From: Thermodesulfobacteriota bacterium
GTDB taxonomy: Bacteria > Desulfobacterota > Desulfobulbia > Desulfobulbales > SURF-16
Assembly (NCBI GenBank): GCA_040755455.1
Contig: JBFMAY010000031.1
Location: 4,741 to 46,492 of the forward strand
Reading direction: 5' to 3'
DNA length: 41,752 nucleotides
Shown here: one piece after another, positions 28,364-39,909 of the stretch
Layout of the letters: every line of letters begins with the position of its first letter
Position numbering within the stretch: position 1 is the first letter of the stretch
Notes under the pieces: generated by a model
Database searches by the model: none
What the model was told of the DNA's origin: nothing
The model's input: the letters and a program-made list of their open reading frames with translations, nothing else
Position numbers and translations under genes: made by a program

Positions 28364-29385
28364 TTGATAAAAACCTTTTTATAATCTTTCAGGTTTTCCA
28401 GGGCAATTCCGCTGCCCATGGCAATGGCAAGAAGGGGATCCTTGGTCAGATGGCAGGATATTTTTGTTTCATTTTCTATAAGGGTATTTAAGCCGCGCAG
28501 CAGTGAACCGCCGCCGGCCATATAGATACCCTCTTCATAAATATCCGTTACCAGTTCAGTAGGTGTCTTTTCCAGTGCCCTTCGCACGGCATCCACGATG
28601 GCGCTCACCGGCTCCTGCATGGCTATTCTTATTTCCTGGGGGGTGAGGGTAACCTCTTTCGGATTGCTGGTGATAACGTTTTTACCGATAAGGGTATATG
28701 GTTCCAGTGAAGGTATATCGATGGCCGCGCCTGTTGTTATCTTGCATTTCTCCGCACTGTTTTCGCCTATATAGACCTTATGTTTATGAAAGAGATGACG
28801 AATAACCGCTTCATTAAGTTCGTCTCCAGCCACCCGCAATGATTCACAATAGGCTACAGATGACATGGTGATGACGGCAACCTCTGATGTGCCGCCACCT
28901 ATATCTATGATCATCCTTCCCTTGTTTTGGAAAACATCAAGGCCTGAACCTATGGCCGCCGCCATCGGCTCTTCAATAAGATACACCTTGCCGCAGCCCA
29001 CCTCTTCCGCTGCCTCAATAACCGCCTTTTTTTCCACCTGGGTAATGCCGGTCGGCACACAGATAACCACTGACGGCTTAAAAAAACGGCTCATTTTCTG
29101 AATTTTCAGAAAAAAACTTCGTATCATGGCCTGGGTGATGACAAAATCGGCTATCACCCCGTCTTTCAAAGGGCGAACGGCACTGATATGCTGGGGGGTT
29201 CTTCCCAAATATTTTTTTGCCGCCGCACCCACCGCCAGGACTTCTTTTGAGTAAGTATTATAAGCCACCACCGAAGGTTCGTTAAGCACGATGCCCGCAC
29301 CCTTTAAATAGATAAGGGTATTGGCTGTCCCGAGATCCATTGCCATGTCTTTTGAAAAAAGCGCGGGAAATTTAAAAATACTCAT
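28360..29385 (-). CDS. mreB: MreB/Mbl family actin-like protein
   Basis: MDLGTANT, NEPSVVA, RPLKDGVIADF, IEEPMAAAIG, DIGGGTSE, AGGGSLL. Confidence 0.93.
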   Translation of the reverse strand: MSIFKFPALFSKDMAMDLGTANTLIYLKGAGIVLNEPSVVAYNTYSKEVLAVGAAAKKYLGRTPQHISAVRPLKDGVIADFVITQAMIRSFFLKIQKMSRFFKPSVVICVPTGITQVEKKAVIEAAEEVGCGKVYLIEEPMAAAIGSGLDVFQNKGRMIIDIGGGTSEVAVITMSSVAYCESLRVAGDELNEAVIRHLFHKHKVYIGENSAEKCKITTGAAIDIPSLEPYTLIGKNVITSNPKEVTLTPQEIRIAMQEPVSAIVDAVRRALEKTPTELVTDIYEEGIYMAGGGSLLRGLNTLIENETKISCHLTKDPLLAIAMGSGIALENLKDYKKVFIN

Positions 29386-30311
29386 TTTTTATTAAGATAT
29401 TCCTTAAAGAAAAGGTTGCTGAGCAGAACCATGGTCTTTTTTTCTTTTGCAAGCCATTTTTCATTTATTTTTTTTACAAAAGCCATGGCGCCTGTTTTTT
29501 TATTTTTTTTTGAAATGAGCGGAAGACACAAAAAATTTGTAACATTTTCGAAAGGTTCATCCTTGTTCACAATAAAGGATTTTTCGTTTTTGTTTAATTT
29601 TTCTAAAAAAAGCTCTTTTTTATTTTTCAATACCCAGCCGATCAAACCGTATTGATCAAAATAATCAAAAGATAACTCTTTATAAATATTTTTATTATTT
29701 AATTTGCACGTAAAAGATACAATTTTATCTTCATAAACAAATACAACTACTTCAAAAAGAATTCTTTCAATCAGTAATTCTAAAAATTCCTGGCAAAACT
29801 CATTCTTCGTCTTGCTATTAACTATTATTTCATTGGTATTGAGGGATAAGGATAGAAATTTTTCCAGTATTTTTTTTTCATTGATCTCTTTTTCTGCATT
29901 GATCATTGAAACCAGAACCTGCGACATCTGCCTCAAAATTTTTTCCTTTTCTTCGGTAAAAACATAGCTTTTTTTACTGTCAACGTACAGCACTCCATAA
30001 TTTTCCGGCAAAGGGATGGCCACCAACGATTTGATATCCTCATCCTTGTCATAAAATTTCAGCGTGGTTGCATCTCTTTTATCAAAATAACTGGCTAAAA
30101 CGGATTTCTGTTCGCGGAAAACCCAACCAATAATACCTTCGCCACTCTGCACCTTACAGTCCATTTTTATATTCTTGCTGAGTGAGTGAAAACAGTAAAG
30201 AATCAAGCCCGCTGCTTCACCGTCATCAGCTAAAAAAAGACCGGTCGTATACGACTCCATGATGTTGGAAATCAGTTCGATAAATTCGTTTATTCGGGGC
30301 ATTGGCTTCAT
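29382..30311 (-). CDS. Tandem GAF-domain protein
   Basis: Two repeats, GEGIIGWVFREQK...SLVAIPL..YGVLYVDS and GLIGWVLKNKK...FLCLPL; ATG 30311 (or 30302) is the likelier start than 30335. Confidence 0.75.
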   Translation of the reverse strand: MKPMPRINEFIELISNIMESYTTGLFLADDGEAAGLILYCFHSLSKNIKMDCKVQSGEGIIGWVFREQKSVLASYFDKRDATTLKFYDKDEDIKSLVAIPLPENYGVLYVDSKKSYVFTEEKEKILRQMSQVLVSMINAEKEINEKKILEKFLSLSLNTNEIIVNSKTKNEFCQEFLELLIERILFEVVVFVYEDKIVSFTCKLNNKNIYKELSFDYFDQYGLIGWVLKNKKELFLEKLNKNEKSFIVNKDEPFENVTNFLCLPLISKKNKKTGAMAFVKKINEKWLAKEKKTMVLLSNLFFKEYLNKK

Positions 30312-30329
30312 CAAGAAAAATACTCTAAA

Positions 30330-30727
30330 AATCAATAGATTAACTATTTAATTTTATTGAATTTTTATTTAAATATAAACAAATATCTCAGCTGTACTAT
30401 TATTATTGAATTTTTCTCGTTTTTAAACTATAGTTTTGTCACGTAACATTTTGTTTTTCAGAGTAAATTATTATATTGACAAGTAGTTTTTCCATAAGGT
30501 GTTTATTTTGTTTTGATAACATGTTGAAAACTTTTTTCCCTTATTTTTTTCACCTTTTTTCAAAACTCTAATTTTACTAAATTTAATAATAAAATTAGAC
30601 CTTTATATTATTTTCTAACATTATAACAGATTTAATAATAATAAATTAATTTTTAATATAAATCTTATTTTTATACTTCCCCGGTTTAAAACCATCCCAC
30701 GTCATCCAAACAAAAAAAGGATTTATC
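30330..30727. other. Putative replication origin (oriC-like AT-rich spacer upstream of dnaN)
   Basis: Very AT-rich; perfect IHF consensus AATCAA-TAGA-TTA at 30330-30342; degenerate DnaA boxes; DnaA-trio-like runs at 30395-30406 and 30633-30644; divergent flanking operons. Confidence 0.55.
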
Positions 30728-31858
30728 ATGTCTCTTGTTCTCAATATAGCCAGAGAAGATTTGTTATATGCTCTTTCCTCCATGCAGAATGTCACCGGAA
30801 AACCAGGTACCATTGCCATTTTGTCAAATACTCTTCTTCGCAGTCAGAACGATTCGCTTGAACTGACCGGGACAGACCTGGAAGTCGGCATCCGGCAGAC
30901 AATACCGGCAGAGATTCTATCCCAGGGATCCATCACCCTGCCCGCAAAAAAACTTTTTGAAATAGTGCGGGAATCAAATTCAGAGCATATCCATCTTGAG
31001 GAGATAGAAAACAACTGGGTAAAGATAAAGGCGGATTCAAGTGATTACAATCTGGCAGGAATGGCAAGCGATGAATTTCCCTCTTTTCCAGAGCACAAGG
31101 AAGAATCCCTTATCGAAATAGATACCGATGATATAAAAGATCTTATTGAAAAAACGATTTTTTCCGTAGCCTTGGACACGGAGAGTAATTTTGCCTTGAC
31201 TGGAATCCTGGTTGAAAAAGAAATAAAGGAAGATAAAAAGTATCTGCGCATGGTATCCTCTGATGGGCACCGGCTCTCCTTGATTAAAAAAGAGGTGACA
31301 GGGGATATTGCCCTGTTTAATCTGGATAAAACCACCATTATACCCAGAAAAGGGGTGCAGGAAATAAAAAAATTCTGTGAACATCATAAAAAACTTTTTA
31401 TAGGATTTGAGGAAAAACAAGTAGTTATTAAAGGTGATCACGCCATTCTCATCATCCGTCTCATGAACGGTGATTTTCCTGATTTCAGAAATCTTCTGCA
31501 GATAATAAACAGAGAAAAATTCATAGAAATAAACAGACTTGTTCTGCTTAACGCCATGCGGCGCATGAATCTTTTCACAGAAGACAGATTCAATGTCGTC
31601 AAATGCCATATTGAAAAAAATGAAATGACCTTGAGTTCCCAGAGCATGGATTTAGGAAGCGCCAAGGAGGTGCACCCTGTCAAGCACTCGGGAGATTCAA
31701 TCAAACTCGGATTTAACGGCAAATACTTTATTGAAACCCTGCAGGTCATGACATGTGAAAACGTCAAGCTTTTTATTGAGGGTAAAGACAGACCCTGTCT
31801 GGTCTACTCAGAAAATGAACCAGATTTTATCAGTATTATCATGCCAATGGAAATTTGA
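30728..31858 (+). CDS. dnaN: DNA polymerase III beta sliding clamp
   Basis: LTGTDLEVGI, GSITLPAKKLFEIVR, VSSDGHRLS, IIPRKG, GFNGKYF, IIMPM. Confidence 0.97.
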   Translation: MSLVLNIAREDLLYALSSMQNVTGKPGTIAILSNTLLRSQNDSLELTGTDLEVGIRQTIPAEILSQGSITLPAKKLFEIVRESNSEHIHLEEIENNWVKIKADSSDYNLAGMASDEFPSFPEHKEESLIEIDTDDIKDLIEKTIFSVALDTESNFALTGILVEKEIKEDKKYLRMVSSDGHRLSLIKKEVTGDIALFNLDKTTIIPRKGVQEIKKFCEHHKKLFIGFEEKQVVIKGDHAILIIRLMNGDFPDFRNLLQIINREKFIEINRLVLLNAMRRMNLFTEDRFNVVKCHIEKNEMTLSSQSMDLGSAKEVHPVKHSGDSIKLGFNGKYFIETLQVMTCENVKLFIEGKDRPCLVYSENEPDFISIIMPMEI

Positions 31859-31913
31859 TTCTTTCATATCTCGCCATGTGATGAACCCGTAAAATACCGG
31901 ACGGACCGGATAA

Positions 31914-34409
<2,496 letters not shown>

Positions 34410-34552
34410 GGATCTGCTGGCACGTGGCATCTTCTTTTCCGCCAATGATAGAAAAAATTGGCTTTTCGCGCTTGGGGTGTTCAATTTTTCTCTATGAGTA
34501 CCAGAGACAACACTTGGAGCTTCAACACTAATATTTTTGCAAAGCGATATTT

Positions 34553-37033
34553 ATGACTGAAAACGAGGAAGTTTTATCACCAACCATTTCCATAGAAAAA
34601 GAGCTGAAAAAGTCCTATCTCGATTATGCCATGAGCGTCATCATAGGGAGGGCTCTCCCTGATGTGCGGGATGGCCTCAAACCGGTTCATCGCCGCTCTC
34701 TGTTCGCCATGCGGGAGTTGAACAATTACCATAACCGCCCCTATCTGAAATCAGCCAGAATCGTCGGTGATATCATCGGTAAATTTCACCCCCATGGTGA
34801 TACGGCCGCCTATGACACCATCGTCAGGATGGCCCAGGATTTTTCCATGCGCTATCCCCTGGTGGACGGTCAGGGAAACTTCGGGTCCGTTGATGGTGAT
34901 TCCCCGGCGGCCATGCGGTACACCGAGGCCAGAATGACCAAGCTTGATCAGGAGATTATCGCTGATCTGGAAAAGGATACGGTTGATTTTGTCCCGAACT
35001 ACGATAATTCACTGAGCGAACCTGTTGTTTTTCCGGCAAAAATACCAAATCTGCTGATCAACGGCTCTGCCGGCATTGCCGTAGGCATGGCAACCAATAT
35101 ACCGCCCCATAATCTCAATGAGGTCATGGATGGGGTCATCGCCATGATCGATGACCCGCATATCACGGTGAATGGCCTGATGGAGCATGTTACCGGGCCG
35201 GATTTTCCCACCGGCGGTTTCATCTGCGGCAGGGCGGGCATCCGGGAGGCCTATGAAACAGGACGCGGCTCTATCCTGATGCGGGCGCGCAGCCACATAG
35301 AAAAAAGTAAAAAATTAAACCGCGAATCCATCATCATCACTGAAATTCCCTATCAGCAGAACAAGGCGCGGCTCGTGGAGAAGATTGCCCTGCTGATCAA
35401 GGAAAAAAAGATTGAGTCCATTGCCGAGATACGTGACGAGTCGGACCGCCACGGCATGCGGATCGTTCTTGACCTGAAAAAGGATGAGATTGCCGATGTG
35501 GTGCTCAATCAACTTTACAAGATGACCCCGCTGCAGAAGAGTTTCGGCATCATATTCTTGAGTATTGTCAATTCCAGGCCGGAAGTACTCAACCTCAAGC
35601 AGATGCTGGAATACTTTCTCCAGCACAGAAAAACAGTGGTTTACCGGCGCACGGATTTTGATCTGAAAAAGGCCGAGGCCAGGGCCCATATCCTGGAGGG
35701 ACTGAAGACAGCCATCAACAACATGGATGAGGTCGTGGCCCTGATCAGGGCATCGGCCAATCCTCCGGAAGCCCGCAAGGGGCTCATGGAGAGGTTTACC
35801 CTTTCCGAGATCCAGGCCCAGTCCATCCTGGACATGCGGCTGCAGAAACTGACCGGCCTGGAGCGTGAAAGAATTATCAGCGAACTCAACGAACTGCTGG
35901 AAAAAATAGCCTGGTATAAAAAGGTTCTCACCGATGAAACCCTGGTCATGAAGATTATCCGGGATGAGTCGCTGGAAATCAAACAGACATACGGCGATGA
36001 GCGGCGCACGGAGATCATCGACGCCCCGGATGAGATTCTGCCGGAAGACATGATCCAGCCGGAAGACATGGTGGTAACCGTCACCCATGGCGGCTATATC
36101 AAGAGAAATTCCGTTGATCTATACCGCTCCCAGCGGCGCGGCGGCAAGGGCATCAAGGGCATCACCGCGGTCGAGGAGGATTTTGTCAACAGTCTCTATC
36201 TTGCCTCAACCCATGACACCTTCCTGTTCTTTACCAATCATGGCAGGGTTTTCTGGCGCAAGGTTTACGAAATTCCCCTGGCCAGCCGGATTGCCAGAGG
36301 CAAGGCCATTGTCAATCTGCTTGAGCTGTCGGCAGATGAACAGGTGGCCGCCATTCTGCCGGTTCCGAGCTTTGACTGCAGCGAGAGCGAATGCTATGTG
36401 TTGATGGTTACCAAGAAGGGCGTGGTGAAGAAGACGATTATCTCAGAATTCGCCAGACCGATGCGCAAGGGAAAAATAGCGCTCACCATCAGGGAGGACG
36501 ATGAAATCATCAGCGCGGCCATCACCAACGGTCATAGTGAGATTCTCCTGGTTTCCCATAAGGGCATGGCGGTTCGTTTCAACGAGGATGATGTGCGGTG
36601 CATGGGCAGAACAGCCACCGGGGTGCGCGGCATCAAGCTGGCCAAGAATGACCATGTGGTGGCCGCGGTGGTCATTAACAGCGATGAGTCCATTCTGGTG
36701 GTCACGGAAAACGGTTTTGGCAAGAGAAGCCCGGTGGAAGAGTACAGGCTTACCCGCAGAGGAGGTAAGGGGGTCTATGCCATCAAGCCCAGTGAACGAA
36801 ACGGCAACATCGTCGGCGCCTGTCAGATTACCAAGGAAGATGAGATTCTGCTCATCACCGACCGGGGCAAGATCATCAGGATGGACATGAGCTCTGTGCG
36901 GGTCATCGGCCGGGCCACCCAGGGCGTGACGCTAATCAATCTGGAGCCGGGTGAAAAGGTGGTGGCCATGGATAGGGTTCCTGCTTCGGATGTAGTGGAT
37001 GATGAAGAGGAAACGGAAGAAGAGAGTTCATGA
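34553..37033 (+). CDS. gyrA: DNA gyrase subunit A
   Basis: SYLDYAMSVI, HPHGD, AAMRYTE, GyrA box QRRGGKG, acidic tail. Confidence 0.98.
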   Translation: MTENEEVLSPTISIEKELKKSYLDYAMSVIIGRALPDVRDGLKPVHRRSLFAMRELNNYHNRPYLKSARIVGDIIGKFHPHGDTAAYDTIVRMAQDFSMRYPLVDGQGNFGSVDGDSPAAMRYTEARMTKLDQEIIADLEKDTVDFVPNYDNSLSEPVVFPAKIPNLLINGSAGIAVGMATNIPPHNLNEVMDGVIAMIDDPHITVNGLMEHVTGPDFPTGGFICGRAGIREAYETGRGSILMRARSHIEKSKKLNRESIIITEIPYQQNKARLVEKIALLIKEKKIESIAEIRDESDRHGMRIVLDLKKDEIADVVLNQLYKMTPLQKSFGIIFLSIVNSRPEVLNLKQMLEYFLQHRKTVVYRRTDFDLKKAEARAHILEGLKTAINNMDEVVALIRASANPPEARKGLMERFTLSEIQAQSILDMRLQKLTGLERERIISELNELLEKIAWYKKVLTDETLVMKIIRDESLEIKQTYGDERRTEIIDAPDEILPEDMIQPEDMVVTVTHGGYIKRNSVDLYRSQRRGGKGIKGITAVEEDFVNSLYLASTHDTFLFFTNHGRVFWRKVYEIPLASRIARGKAIVNLLELSADEQVAAILPVPSFDCSESECYVLMVTKKGVVKKTIISEFARPMRKGKIALTIREDDEIISAAITNGHSEILLVSHKGMAVRFNEDDVRCMGRTATGVRGIKLAKNDHVVAAVVINSDESILVVTENGFGKRSPVEEYRLTRRGGKGVYAIKPSERNGNIVGACQITKEDEILLITDRGKIIRMDMSSVRVIGRATQGVTLINLEPGEKVVAMDRVPASDVVDDEEETEEESS

Positions 37034-38055
37034 CCGGCGTGCACGAACAATTCATAGCGGTGATCGGTGCCGGAAGCTGGGGCACGGCCCTGGCAAAGCT
37101 GCTCGGCGATAAGGGTCACCGGGTCCATTTATGGGCCCACCGGCCGGAACATGTGGATGCCATCAACCGGGAGCGGGAAAATAAAAAATATCTTCCCGGC
37201 TTTATCTTACATGACAGGGTAGTAGCCTCGGCTGACCTGCGGGAGGTCATCAGCGGCAAAAACTTTATTCTCATGGTTGTTCCTTCCCATGTCTTTCGCG
37301 CTGTTTTCCAGCAGCTTGTCCCCTTCCTGGAGGAGGGATCCATCGTGGTTTCCGCCACCAAGGGCATTGAAAACGATTCGTTGATGACCATGAGCCAGGT
37401 GATGGACGACGTGCTCGGAAAAAGTGGCAGAGCCGCCGAGATCGGCGTTCTCACCGGCCCGTCGTTTGCAAAAGAGGTGGCAGCAGGGATCCCGACGGCC
37501 GTTACCGTGGCAGCCAGAAAAAAGGAGCTGGCGGCGCGGATTCAGGATATTTTTTTCACCGAGAGGTTCCGGGTCTATGCCAGCACCGATCTGATCGGCC
37601 AGGAGCTCGGCGCGGCGCTCAAAAACATCGTGGCCATTGCCGCCGGCATCTGCGACGGCCTGGGTTACGGCACCAATACCAGGGCGGCCCTGATCACCAG
37701 GGGGCTTGCTGAAATAACCCGGCTGGGGGTGAAGATGGGGGCAAATCCCCTGACATTTTCCGGTCTGGGCGGTCTGGGTGATCTTGTCCTCACCTGTACG
37801 GGGGATTTGAGCAGAAACAGAACGGTGGGGTTGAAACTTGGCCAGGGAAAAAAGCTGCAGGCCATTCTTGCCGAGATGGCAATGGTGGCTGAAGGGGTGA
37901 AGACCACCAGCTCCGCCTGGAAGCTTGCCCGGCGGGAAGGGGTTGACATGCCGATTCTTGAGCAGATCTACCAGGTGCTTTACGAGGATAAACCGTGCCA
38001 GGAGGCGGTGATGTCGCTGCTGACCAGGGACCAGAAGGAAGAAATGGAATTTTGA
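37030..38055 (+). CDS. gpsA: NAD(P)H-dependent glycerol-3-phosphate dehydrogenase
   Basis: GAGSWGTA, TKGIE, GPSFAKEV, LKNIVAIAAG, GDLVLTC..LSRN. Confidence 0.96.
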   Translation: MTGVHEQFIAVIGAGSWGTALAKLLGDKGHRVHLWAHRPEHVDAINRERENKKYLPGFILHDRVVASADLREVISGKNFILMVVPSHVFRAVFQQLVPFLEEGSIVVSATKGIENDSLMTMSQVMDDVLGKSGRAAEIGVLTGPSFAKEVAAGIPTAVTVAARKKELAARIQDIFFTERFRVYASTDLIGQELGAALKNIVAIAAGICDGLGYGTNTRAALITRGLAEITRLGVKMGANPLTFSGLGGLGDLVLTCTGDLSRNRTVGLKLGQGKKLQAILAEMAMVAEGVKTTSSAWKLARREGVDMPILEQIYQVLYEDKPCQEAVMSLLTRDQKEEMEF

Positions 38056-38083
38056 GCAGGGGCGGTTCGCGAACGGCCCCTGT
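38056..38083. repeat. REP-like palindrome / bidirectional terminator between convergent genes
   Basis: GCAGGGGC-GGTTCGCGAACG-GCCCCTGT, a near-perfect palindrome immediately after the gpsA stop. Confidence 0.6.
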
Positions 38084-38107
38084 TTCCGGAATAACAATCT
38101 GCCCTGT

Positions 38108-38944
38108 TTATGTCTTTCCCCACTTTTTTAAGGCAATAATGCAGAAGTAGACCATGCCGGCCATAATGATGATGGTAGCTCCTGCCGGAAAATCCAGCTG
38201 ATAGCTGATGGCCAGTCCCCCGGTTGTACAGAGCAGGCAGAGAAATATCGCCGTGACCATCATATGCCAGAGCCGCTTGACCAGCAGACCCGCCCCGGCC
38301 GCCGGCAGGGTCAGCATGGCCACCACCATGACAATCCCCACCACCTGCACCAGCAGGACCACCGTGAGGGCGATCATCAGCAGAAGCAGCAGATCGAACA
38401 GCTCCACCCTGATGCCGCTGATTCGGGCAAACTCTTCATCAAAACAGACGGAAATGAGCTTGTTGTAAAAAATAAAGACCACGCCCACCACGATCACGTC
38501 CAGTGCGCCGATAAGCAAAAGGTCCTTTTTGGAGACCATCAGGATATCGCCGAACAGGTAACTCATGAGGTCTTCGTTATAGCCGCTTGTTCTGCTGATA
38601 AAAAAGATGCCGATCGCCATGCCGATGGAATAGATGGCGCTGAGTACCGTATCCTCCCGCTGACTGCTGTAACGCTTGACCATGGCAATGATGCATGCCG
38701 CCAGCAAGGCGGCCAGCACCGCTCCCTGCAACGGCGTGACGGAAAAGGCGTATTCCTTCTGGAGAAAGCGGGCCGCGCCCATGCCGCCCAAGGTGCAGTG
38801 GGCAATGGCGCCGGCAATATAGGTGATGCGCCGCACCGTGACATACGAGCCGATGATGCCGCAGGAAATGGAGGTCAGCAACCCGGCAAACAGGGCGTAT
38901 TGCAGAAAGGAATATGTCTGCAAGTCTCTTAGAAATTGACCCAT
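38108..38944 (-). CDS. Zn/Mn ABC transporter permease (ZnuB-like)
   Basis: Hydrophobic; AIAHCTLGG, YLFGDILMV, FDEEFARISG. Confidence 0.9.
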   Translation of the reverse strand: MGQFLRDLQTYSFLQYALFAGLLTSISCGIIGSYVTVRRITYIAGAIAHCTLGGMGAARFLQKEYAFSVTPLQGAVLAALLAACIIAMVKRYSSQREDTVLSAIYSIGMAIGIFFISRTSGYNEDLMSYLFGDILMVSKKDLLLIGALDVIVVGVVFIFYNKLISVCFDEEFARISGIRVELFDLLLLLMIALTVVLLVQVVGIVMVVAMLTLPAAGAGLLVKRLWHMMVTAIFLCLLCTTGGLAISYQLDFPAGATIIIMAGMVYFCIIALKKWGKT

Positions 38945-39690
38945 GTATGCCCTTTTTCGGAACAGCGGTGGTCATGGCGCACCATGGCCAGGTCCGCGCC
39001 GTAAATATCCAGGATATTTTTCCCGTCAAGTGCGCTGGTTGGATGGATATGCACCAGGCGGTTGACGCAGACCACGGAACTGACATACTTGGAAACAAAA
39101 CCCACATCATGGGAAACGACGATAATGGTCAGTTTTTCGTTGAGTTTTTTGAGCAGGTTATAGATATTCTGCTCGGCAAAACTGTCGACATTGGCCGTGG
39201 GCTCATCAAAGAAAAGGAGTTCTGCCGACGAGGCAAGGGCACGGGCGATCAGGGTGCGCTGGCGCTGGCCGCCGGACAGATCGGCAAAGGCATCCTGGTG
39301 CTTGTGGAACAGATCAACATCCCTGAGGGCCTGGGCCGCAAGCTCCCGGTCCTCCTTGCTGAACGGCCCTCCCCAGGCCTTACCGACCCGGCCCATCATG
39401 ACCACGTCGAGCACGGACACAGGAAAAAGCGGATCAAAAAGCCGGTGCTGGGGGACGTAGCCGATACGGTGCGAGGCCTTTTCCGGGGGGGTACCTAACA
39501 CGGTTATCAGACCCCGGTCAGGTTTGAGGAGGCCGAGCAGCAGGCGCAGCAGGGTGGTTTTTCCGCCGCCGTTGGGGCCGACCACGCCGATCATTTCCCG
39601 TTCCTTGATGCTGAAGGTGACATCTTCCAGAACGGCAAGGCTGCCGAAGGAAAAACTCATATTTTGCACATCAATGACGGTTTTTTTCAT
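38929..39690 (-). CDS. Zn/Mn ABC transporter ATPase (ZnuC-like)
   Basis: GPNGGGKTT, IGYVPQ, LSGGQRQR, DEPT, VSHD, His-rich tail. Confidence 0.92.
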   Translation of the reverse strand: MKKTVIDVQNMSFSFGSLAVLEDVTFSIKEREMIGVVGPNGGGKTTLLRLLLGLLKPDRGLITVLGTPPEKASHRIGYVPQHRLFDPLFPVSVLDVVMMGRVGKAWGGPFSKEDRELAAQALRDVDLFHKHQDAFADLSGGQRQRTLIARALASSAELLFFDEPTANVDSFAEQNIYNLLKKLNEKLTIIVVSHDVGFVSKYVSSVVCVNRLVHIHPTSALDGKNILDIYGADLAMVRHDHRCSEKGHTWVNF

Positions 39691-39909
39691 AAGGATTTAA
39701 TCTCACCACAAAATCTTGCCGACACAAAGAAGTTTATCATTGTGCAAGCGGCGGCTCTCTGATTTAATTGTTTTTATCCTGTAAAAAGGGCTGGCCGGGA
39801 AAAAGAGAGACTGAGGCCACCTGCTGCAAGGTTATCCCTTTGATGAGCGTCACCGATTTCTGTTGTCAGAAACTGTTTACGGCATCAGCAATAATTTATC
39901 CAGGCAAAA

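Noticed and set aside
30437..30448. Near-palindrome TGTCACGTAACA as a parS site
   Set aside because: Does not fit the 16-bp parS consensus TGTTTCACGTGAAACA; partly overlaps an IHF-like sequence.
31880..31898. GATGAACCCGTAAAATACC, resembling a MITE terminal repeat, between dnaN and gyrB
   Set aside because: No matching inverted end nearby; too short to support.
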